Position numbers and translations under genes: made by a program. Below the pieces are notes generated by a model. That model was not told where the DNA came from. It saw nothing but the letters and a program-made list of their open reading frames with translations, and ran no database searches. From assembly GCF_009914755.1 (NCBI RefSeq), contig NC_060933.1: a stretch of DNA of 64,000 nucleotides. One strand, written 5' to 3'. The stretch is from the human T2T-CHM13v2.0 reference genome, Homo sapiens. Shown here piece after piece: positions 50,853 to 61,404 of the stretch. Every line of letters begins with the position of its first letter. The first letter of the stretch is position 1.

Positions 50853-53404
50853 CATTCTCAGAAACTTGTTTGTGATGTGTGTATTCAACTAACAGAGATG
50901 AACCTTTCTTTTTACAGAGCAGTTTTGAAACACTCTTTTTGTGGAATCTGAAAGTGGATATTTGGATAGCTTTGAGGATTTCGTTGGAAACGGGATTACA
51001 TATAAAACCTAGAGAGAAGCATTCTCAGGAACTTCTTTGTGATGTTTGCATTCAAGTCAGAGAACTGAACATTCCCTTTCATAGAGCAGGTTTGAAACAC
51101 TCTTTCTGTAGTATCTGCAAGCTGACGTTTCAAGCGCTTTCAGGCCTATGGTGAGAAAGGAAATATCTTCAAGTAAAAACTAGACAGAAGCATTCTCAGA
51201 AACTTATTTGCGATGTGTGTTCTCAACTAACAGAGTTGAACCTTTGTTTTGATACGGCATTTTGGAAACACTCTTTTTATAGAATCTGCAGGTGGATATT
51301 CGGATAGCTTTGAAGGTTTCGTTGGAAACGGGAATATCTTCATATAAAATCTAGACGGAAGCATTCTCAGAAACTGCTTTGTGATGTTTTCATTCAAGTC
51401 ACAGAGTAGAATGTTCCCTGTTATATACCAGGTTTGAGACACTCTTTCTGCACTACCTGGAAGTGGACATTTGGAGCGCTTTGAGGCCTATGATGAAAAA
51501 GGAAATATCTTCCCATAAAAACTAGACAGAAGCATTCTCAGAAACTTGTTTGTGATGTGTGTATTCAACTAACAGAGATGAACCTTTCTTTTTACAGAGC
51601 AGTTTTGAAACACTCTTTTTGTGGAATCTGAAAGTGGATATTTGGATAGCTTTGCGGATTTCGTTGGAAACGGGATTACATATAAAATCTAGAGAGAAGC
51701 ATTCTCAGGAACTTCTTTGTGATGTATGCATTCACGTCACAGAACTGAACATTCCCTTTCATAGAGCATGTTTGAAACACTCTTTCTGTAGTATCTGCAA
51801 ACGGACATTTCAAACGCTTTCAGGCCTATGGTGAGAAAGGAAATATCTTCAAATAAAAACTAGACAGAAGCATTCTCAGAAACTTATTTGCGATGTGTGT
51901 CCTCAACTAACAGAGTTGAACCTTTCTTTTGATACAACATTTTGGAAACACTCTTTTTGTAGAATCTGCAAGTGGATATTTGGATAGCTTTGAAGGTTTC
52001 GTTGGAAACGGGAATATCTTCATATAAAATCAAGACAGAAGCATTCTCAGAAACTTCTCTGTGATGTTTGCATTCAACTCATAGAGTTGAACACTTCCCT
52101 TCATACAGCAGGTTTGAAACACTCTTTTTGTAATATTTGGAAGTGGACATTTGCAGCGCTTTGAGGCCTATGATGAAAAAGGTAATATCTTCCCATAAAA
52201 ACTAGACAGAAGCATTCTCAGAAACTTGTTTGTGATGTGTGTATTCAACTAACAGAGATGAACCTTTCTTTTTACAGAGCAGTTTTGAAACACTCTTTTT
52301 GTGGAATCTGAAAGTGGATATTTGGATAGCTTTGCGGATTTCGTTGGAAACGGGATTACATATAAAATCTAGGGAGAAGCATTCTCAGGAACTTCTTTGT
52401 GATGTTTGCATTCAAGTCACAGAACTGAACATTCCCTTTCATAGAGCAGGTTTGAAACACTCTTTCTGTAGTATCTGCAAGCGGACGTTTTAAGCGCTTT
52501 CAGGCCTGTGGTGAGAAAGGAAATATCTTCAAATAAAAACTAGACAGAAGCATTCTCAGAAACTTATTTGCGATGTGTGTCCTCAACTAACAGAGTTGAA
52601 CCTTTCTTTTGATACAACATTTTGGAAACACTCTTTTTGTAGAATCTGCAAGTGGATATTTGGATAGCTTTGAAGGTTTCGTTGGAAACGGGAATATCTT
52701 CATATGAAATCAAGACAGAAGCATTCTCAGAAACTTCTCTGTGATGTTTGCATTCAACTCATAGAGTTGAACACTTCCCTTCATACAGCAGGTTTGAAAC
52801 ACTCTTTTTCTAATATTTGGAAGTGGACATTTGCAGCGCTTTGAGGCCTATGTTGAAAAAGGAAATATCTTCTCCTAAAAACCAGACAGAAGCATTCTCA
52901 GAAACTTCCTTGTGATGTGTGTACTCAAGTAACAGAGTTGAACCTTCCTTTTGACAGAGCAGTTTTGAAGCACTCTTTTTGTAGAATCTGCAAGTGGATA
53001 TTTTGATACCTTTGAGGATTTCGTTGGACACGGGATATCTTCATATAAAATCTAGACAGAAGCATTCTCAGAAACTTCTTTGTGCTGTATGTCCTCAATT
53101 AACAGAGTTGAACCTTTGTGTGGATACAGCATTTTGGAAACATTCCTTTAGTAGAATCTGCAAGTTGATATTTAGATAGCTAGGAAGATTTCCTTGGAAA
53201 CGGGAATATCTTCATATAAAATCTAGACGCAAGCATTCTCAGAAAGTGCTTTGTGATGTTTGCATTCAAGTCACAGAGTTGAATATTCCCTTTTATAGAG
53301 CAGGTTTGAAACACTCTTTCTGCACTACCTGGAAGTGGACATTTGGAGCGCTTTGAGGCCTATGTTGAAAAAGGAAATATCTTCCCATAAAAACTAGACA
53401 GAAG
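50853..53404 (+). repeat. 15-mer HOR (4+4+7, 2552 bp)
   Basis: Anchors 50879, 51559, 52239, 53431. Confidence 0.9.
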
Positions 53405-56400
53405 CATTCTCAGAAACTTGTTTGTGATGTGTGTATTCAACTAACAGAGATGAACCTTTCTTTTTACAGAGCAGTTTTGAAACACTCTTTTTGTGGAATC
53501 TGAAAGTGGATATTTGGATAGCTTTGAGGATTTCGTTGGAAACGGGATTACATATAAAACCTAGAGAGAAGCATTCTCAGGAACTTCTTTGTGATGTTTG
53601 CCTTGAAGTCACAGGACTGAACATTCCCTTTCATAGAGCAGGTTTGAAACACTCTTTCTGTAGTATCTGCAAGCTGACGTTTCAAGCGCTTTCAGGCCTA
53701 TGGTGAGAAAGGAAATATCTTCAAGTAAAAACTAGACAGAAGCATTCTCAGAAACTTATTTGCGATGTGTGTTCTCAACTAACAGAGTTGAACGTTTGTT
53801 TTGATATGGCATTTTGGAAACACTCTTTTTGTAGAATCTGCAGGTGGATATTCGGATAGCTTTGAAGGTTTCGTTGGAAACGGGAATATCTTCATATAAA
53901 ATCTAGACGGAAGCATTCTCAGAAACTGCTTTGTGATGTTTTCATTCAAGTCACAGAGTAGAATGTTCCCTGTTATATACCAGGTTTGAGACACTCTTTC
54001 TGCACTACCTGGAAGTGGACATTTGGAGCGCTTTGAGGCCTATGATGAAAAAGGAAATATCTTCCCATAAAAACTAGACAGAAGCATTCTCAGAAACTTG
54101 TTTGTGATGTGTGTATTCAACTAACAGAGATGAACCTTTCTTTTTACAGAGCAGTTTTGAAACACTCTTTTTGTGGAATCTGAAAGTGGATATTTGGATA
54201 GCTTTGAGGATTTCGTTGGAAACGGGATTACATATAAAATCTAGAGAGAAGCATTCTCAGGAACTTCTTTGTGATGTTTGCATTCACGTCACAGAACTGA
54301 ACATTCCCTTTCATAGAGCATGTTTGAAACACTCTTTCTGTAGTATCTGCAAACGGACATTTCAAACGCTTTCAGGCCTATGGTGAGAAAGGAAATATCT
54401 TCAAATAAAAACTAGACAGCAGCATTCTCAGAAACTTATTTGCGATGTGTGTCCTCAAGTAACAGAGTTGAACCTTTCTTTTGATACAACATTTTGGAAA
54501 CACTCTTTTTGTAGAATCTGCAAGTGGATATTTGGATAGCTTTGAAGGTTTCGTTGGAAACGGGAATATCTTCATATAAAATCAAGACAGAAGCATTCTC
54601 AGAAACTTCTCTGTGATGTTTGCATTCAACTCATAGAGTTGAACACTTCCCTTCATACAGCAGGTTTGAAACACTCTTTTTGTAATATTTGGAAGTGGAC
54701 ATTTGCAGCGCTTTGAGGCCTATGATGAAAAAGGAAATATCTTCCCATAAAAACTAGACAGAAGCATTCTCAGAAACTTGTTTGTGATGTGTGTATTCAA
54801 CTAACAGAGATGAACCTTTCTTTTTACAGAGCAGTTTTGAAACACTCTTTTTGTGGAATCTGAAAGTGGATATTTGGATAGCTTTGCGGATTTCGTTGGA
54901 AACGGGATTACATATAAAATCTAGGGAGAAGCATTCTCAGGAACTTCTTTGTGATGTTTGCATTCAAGTCACAGAACTGAACATTCCCTTTCATAGAGCA
55001 GGTTTGAAACACTCTTTCTGTAGTATCTGCAAGCGGACGTTTTAAGCGCTTTCAGGCCTGTGGTGAGAAAGGAAATATCTTCAAATAAAAACTAGACAGA
55101 AGCATTCTCAGAAACTTATTTGCGATGTGTGTCCTCAACTAACAGAGTTGAACCTTTCTTTTGATACAACATTTTGGAAACACTCTTTTTGTAGAATCTG
55201 CAAGTGGATATTTGGATAGCTTTGAAGGTTTCGTTGGAAACGGGAATATCTTCATATGAAATCAAGACAGAAGCATTCTCAGAAACTTCTCTGTGATGTT
55301 TGCATTCAACTCATAGAGTTGAACACTTCCCTTCATACAGCAGGTTTGAAACACTCTTTTTCTAATATTTGGAAGTGGACATTTGCAGCGCTTTGAGGCC
55401 TATGTTGAAAAAGGAAATATCTTCTCCTAAAAACCAGACAGAAGCATTCTCAGAAACTTCCTTGTGATGTGTGTACTCAAGTAACAGAGTTGAACCTTCC
55501 TTTTGACAGAGCAGTTTTGAAGCACTCTTTTTGTAGAATCTGCAAGTGGATATTTTGATACCTTTGAGGATTTCGTTGGACACGGGATATCTTCATATAA
55601 AATCTAGACAGAAGCATTCTCAGAAACTTCTTTGTGCTGTATGTCCTCAATTAACAGAGTTGAACCTTTGTGTGGATACAGCATTTTGGAAACATTCCTT
55701 TAGTAGAATCTGCAAGTTGATATTTAGATAGCTAGGAAGATTTCCTTGGAAACGGGAATATCTTCATGTAAAATCAAGACAGAAGCATTCTCAGAAACTT
55801 CTCTGTGATGTTTGCATTCAACTCACAGAGTTGAACACTTCCTTTCATAGAGCTGGTTTGAAATACTCTTTTTGTAATATTTGGAAGTGGACATTGGCAG
55901 CGCTTTGAAGCCTATGGTGAAAAAGGAGATATCTTCTCCTAAAAACCAGACAGAAGCATTCTCAGAATCTTTCTTGTGATGTGTGTACTCAAGTAACAGA
56001 GTTGAACCTTCATTTTGACAGAGCAGTTTTGAAGCACTCTTTTTGTAGAATCTGCAAGTGGATATTTTGATACCTTTGAGGATTTCGTTAGACACGGGAT
56101 ATCTTCATATAAAATCTAGACAGAAGCATTCTCAGAAACTTCTTTGTGCTGTATGTCCTCAATTAACAGAGTTGAACCTTTGTGTGGATACAGCATTTTG
56201 GAAACATTCCTTTAGTAGAATCTGCAAGTTGATATTTAGATAGCTAGGAAGATTTCCTTGGAAACGGGAATATCTTCATATAAAATCTAGACGGAAGCAT
56301 TCTCAGAAAGTGCTTTGTGATGTTTGCATTCAAGTCACAGAGTTGAATATTCCCTTTTATAGAGCAGGTTTGAAACACTCTTTCTGCACTACCTGGAAGT

Positions 56401-56468
56401 GGACATTTGGAGCGCTTTGAGGCCTATGTTGAAAAAGGAAATATCTTCCCATAAAAACTAGACAGAAG
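53405..56468 (+). repeat. 18-mer HOR (3064 bp)
   Basis: Anchors 53431, 54111, 54791, 56495. Confidence 0.9.
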
Positions 56469-59400
56469 CATTCTCAGAAACTTGTTTGTGATGTGTGTAT
56501 TCAACTAACAGAGATGAACCTTTCTTTTTACAGAGCAGTTTTGAAACACTCTTTTTGTGGAATCTGAAAGTGGATATTTGGATAGCTTTGAGGATTTCGT
56601 TGGAAACGGGATTACATATAAAACCTAGAGAGAAGCATTCTCAGGAACTTCTTTGTGATGTTTGCATTCAAGTCACAGAACTGAACATTCCCTTTCATAG
56701 AGCAAGTTTGAAACACTCTTTCTGTAGTATCTGCAAGCTGACGTTTCAAGCGCTTTCAGGCCTATGGTGAGAAAGGAAATATCTTCAAGTAAAAACTAGA
56801 CAGAAGCATTCTCAGAAACTTATTTGCGATGTGTGTTCTCAACTAACAGAGTTGAACCTTTGTTTTGATATGGCATTTTGGAAACACTCTTTTTGTAGAA
56901 TCTGCAGGTGGATATTCGGATAGCTTTGAAGGTTTCGTTGGAAACGGGAATATCTTCATATAAAATCTAGACGGAAGCATTCTCAGAAACTGCTTTGTGA
57001 TGTTTTCATTCATGTCACAGAGTAGAATGTTCCCTGTTATATACCAGGTTTGAGACACTCTTTCGGCACTACCTGGAAGTGGACATTTGGAGCGCTTTGA
57101 GGCCTATGATGAAAAAGGAAATATCTTCCCATAAAAACTAGACAGAAGCATTCTCAGAAACTTGTTTGTGATGTGTGTATTCAACTAACAGAGATGAACC
57201 TTTCTTTTTACAGAGCAGTTTTGAAACACTCTTTTTGTGGAATCTGAAAGTGGATATTTGGATAGCTTTGAGGATTTCGATGGAAACGGGATTACATATA
57301 AAATCTAGAGAGAAGCATTCTCAGGAACTTCTTTGTGATGTTTGCATTCACGTCACAGAACTGAACATTCCCTTTCATAGAGCATGTTTGAAACACTCTT
57401 TCTGTAGTATCTGCAAACGGACATTTCAAACGCTTTCAGGCCTATGGTGAGAAAGGAAATATCTTCAAATAAAAACTAGACAGCAGCATTCTCAGAAACT
57501 TATTTGCGATGTGTGTCCTCAACTAACAGAGTTGAACCTTTCTTTTGATACAACATTTTGGAAACACTCTTTTTGTAGAATCTGCAAGTGGATATTTGGA
57601 TAGCTTTGAAGGTTTCGTTGGAAACGGGAATATCTTCATATAAAATCAAGACAGAAGCATTCTCAGAAACTTCTCTGTGATGTTTGCATTCAACTCATAG
57701 AGTTGAACACTTCCCTTCATACAGCAGGTTTGAAACACTCTTTTTGTAATATTTGGAAGTGGACATTTGCAGCGCTTTGAGGCCTATGATGAAAAAGGAA
57801 ATATCTTCCCATAAAAACTAGACAGAAGCATTCTCAGAAACTTGTTTGTGATGTGTGTATTCAGCTAACAGAGATGAACCTTTCTTTTTACAGAGCAGTT
57901 TTGAAACACTCTTTTTGTGGAATCTGAAAGTGGATATTTGGATAGCTTTGCGGATTTCGTTGGAAACGGGATTACATATAAAATCTAGGGAGAAGCATTC
58001 TCAGGAACTTCTTTGTGATGTTTGCATTCAAGTCACAGAACTGAACATTCCCTTTCATAGAGCAGGTTTGAAACACTCTTTCTGTAGTATCTGCAAGCGG
58101 ACGTTTTAAGCGCTTTCAGGCCTGTGGTGAGAAAGGAAATATCTTCAAATAAAAACTAGACAGAAGCATTCTCAGAAACTTATTTGCGATGTGTGTCCTC
58201 AACTAACAGAGTTGAACCTTTCTTTTGATACAACATTTTGGAAACACTCTTTTTGTAGAATCTGCAAGTGGATATTTGGATAGCTTTGAAGGTTTCGTTG
58301 GAAACGGGAATATCTTCATATGAAATCAAGACAGAAGCATTCTCAGAAACTTCTCTGTGATGTTTGCATTCAACTCATAGAGTTGAACACTTCCCTTCAT
58401 ACAGCAGGTTTGAAACACTCTTTTTCTAATATTTGGAAGTGGACATTTGCAGCGCTTTGAGGCCTATGTTGAAAAAGGAAATATCTTCTCCTAAAAACCA
58501 GACAGAAGCATTCTCAGAAACTTCCTTGTGATGTGTGTACTCAAGTAACAGAGTTGAACCTTCCTTTTGACAGAGCAGTTTTGAAGCACTCTTTTTGTAG
58601 AATCTGCAAGTGGATATTTTGATACCTTTGAGGATTTCGTTGGACACGGGATATCTTCATATAAAATCTAGACAGAAGCATTCTCAGAAACTTCTTTGTG
58701 CTGTATGTCCTCAATTAACAGAGTTGAACCTTTGTGTGGATACAGCATTTTGGAAACATTCCTTTAGTAGAATCTGCAAGTTGATATTTAGATAGCTAGG
58801 AAGATTTCCTTGGAAACGGGAATATCTTCATGTAAAATCAAGACAGAAGCATTCTCAGAAACTTCTCTGTGATGTTTGCATTCAACTCACAGAGTTGAAC
58901 ACTTCCTTTCATAGAGCTGGTTTGAAATACTCTTTTTGTAATATTTGGAAGTGGACATTGGCAGCGCTTTGAAGCCTATGGTGAAAAAGGAGATATCTTC
59001 TCCTAAAAACCAGACAGAAGCATTCTCAGAATCTTTCTTGTGATGTGTGTACTCAAGTAACAGAGTTGAACCTTCATTTTGACAGAGCAGTTTTGAAGCA
59101 CTCTTTTTGTAGAATCTGCAAGTGGATATTTTGATACCTTTGAGGATTTCGTTAGACACGGGATATCTTCATATAAAATCTAGACAAAAGCATTCTCAGA
59201 AACTTCTTTGTGCTGTATGTCCTCAATTAACAGAGTTGAACCTTTGTGTGGATACAGCATTTTGGAAACATTCCTTTAGTAGAATCTGCAAGTTGATATT
59301 TAGATAGCTAGGAAGATTTCCTTGGAAACGGGAATATCTTCATATAAAATCTAGACGGAAGCATTCTCAGAAAGTGCTTTGTGATGTTTGCATTCAAGTC

Positions 59401-59532
59401 ACAGAGTTGAATATTCCCTTTTATAGAGCTGGTTTGAAACACTCTTTCTGCACTACCTGGAAGTGGACATTTGGAGCGCTTTGAGGCCTATGTTGAAAAA
59501 GGAAATATCTTCCCATAAAAACTAGACAGAAG
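56469..59532 (+). repeat. 18-mer HOR (3064 bp)
   Basis: Anchors 56495, 57175, 57855, 59559. Confidence 0.9.
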
Positions 59533-61404
59533 CATTCTCAGAAACTTGTTTGTGATGTGTGTATTCAACTAACAGAGATGAACCTTTCTTTTTACAGAGC
59601 AGTTTTGAAACACTCTTTTTGTGGAATCTGAAAGTGGATATTTGGATAGCTTTGAGGATTTCCTTGGAAACGGGATTACATATAAAACCTAGAGAGAAGC
59701 ATTCTCAGGAACTTCTTTGTGATGTTTGCATTCAAGTCACAGAACTGAACATTCCCTTTCATAGAGCAGGTTTGAAACACTCTTTCTGTAGTATCTGCAA
59801 GCTGACGTTTCAAGCGCTTTCAGGCCTATGGTGAGAAAGGAAATATCTTCAAGTAAAAACTAGACAGAAGCATTCTCAGAAACTTATTTGCGATGTGTGT
59901 TCTCAACTAACAGAGTTGAACCTTTGTTTTGATATGGCATTTTGGAAACACTCTTTTTGTAGAATCTGCAGGTGGATATTCGGATAGCTTTGAAGCTTTC
60001 GTTGGAAACGGGAATATCTTCATATAAAATCTAGACGGAAGCATTCTCAGAAACTGCTTTGTGATGTTTTCATTCAAGTCACAGAGTAGAATGTTCCCTG
60101 TTATATACCAGGTTTGAGACACTCTTTCTGCACTACCTGGAAGTGGACATTTGGAGCGCTTTGAGGCCTATGATGAAAAAGGAAATATCTTCCCATAAAA
60201 ACTAGACAGAAGCATTCTCAGAAACTTGTTTGTGATGTGTGTATTCAACTAACAGAGATGAACCTTTCTTTTTACAGAGCAGTTTTGAAACACTCTTTTT
60301 GTGGAATCTGAAAGTGGATATTTGGATAGCTTTGAGGATTTCGTTGGAAACGGGATTACATATAAAATCTAGAGAGAAGCATTCTCAGGAACTTCTTTGT
60401 GATGTTTGCATTCACGTCACAGAACTGAACATTCCCTTTCATAGAGCATGTTTGAAACACTCTTTCTGTAGTATCTGCAAACGGACATTTCAAACGCTTT
60501 CAGGCCTATGGTGAGAAAGGAAATATCTTCAAATAAAAACTAGACAGCAGCATTCTCAGAAACTTATTTGCGATGTGTGTCCTCAACTAACAGAGTTGAA
60601 CCTTTCTTTTGATACAACATTTTGGAAACACTCTTTTTGTAGAATCTGCAAGTGGATATTTGGATAGCTTTGAAGGTTTCGTTGGAAACGGGAATATCTT
60701 CATATGAAATCAAGACAGAAGCATTCTCAGAAACTTCTCTGTGATGTTTGCATTCAACTCATAGAGTTGAACACTTCCCTTCATACAGCAGGTTTGAAAC
60801 ACTCTTTTTCTAATATTTGGAAGTGGACATTTGCAGCGCTTTGAGGCCTATGTTGAAAAAGGAAATATCTTCTCCTAAAAACCAGACAGAAGCATTCTCA
60901 GAAACTTCCTTGTGATGTGTGTACTCAAGTAACAGAGTTGAACCTTCCTTTTGACAGAGCAGTTTTGAAGCACTCTTTTTGTAGAATCTGCAAGTGGATA
61001 TTTTGATACCTTTGAGGATTTCGTTGGACACGGGATATCTTCATATAAAATCTAGACAGAAGCATTCTCAGAAACTTCTTTGTGCTGTATGTCCTCAATT
61101 AACAGAGTTGAACCTTTGTGTGGATACAGCATTTTGGAAACATTCCTTTAGTAGAATCTGCAAGTTGATATTTAGATAGCTAGGAAGATTTCCTTGGAAA
61201 CGGGAATATCTTCATATAAAATCTAGACGGAAGCATTCTCAGAAAGTGCTTTGTGATGTTTGCATTCAAGTCACAGAGTTGAATATTCCCTTTTATAGAG
61301 CAGGTTTGAAACACTCTTTCTGCACTACCTGGAAGTGGACATTTGGAGCGCTTTGAGGCCTATGTTGAAAAAGGAAATATCTTCCCATAAAAACTAGACA
61401 GAAG
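59533..61404 (+). repeat. 11-mer HOR (4+7, 1872 bp), structurally distinct from the 44-47 kb 11-mers
   Basis: Anchors 59559, 60239, 61431. It retains the TATACCAGG class-G variant monomer that the other 11-mers lack. Confidence 0.88.

Noticed and set aside
47789-59532. Chromosome 6 D6Z1 assignment, suggested by the 18-mer/15-mer sizes
   Set aside because: D6Z1 is SF1 (J1/J2), whereas these monomers are SF2-type with internal 4-mer/7-mer structure.
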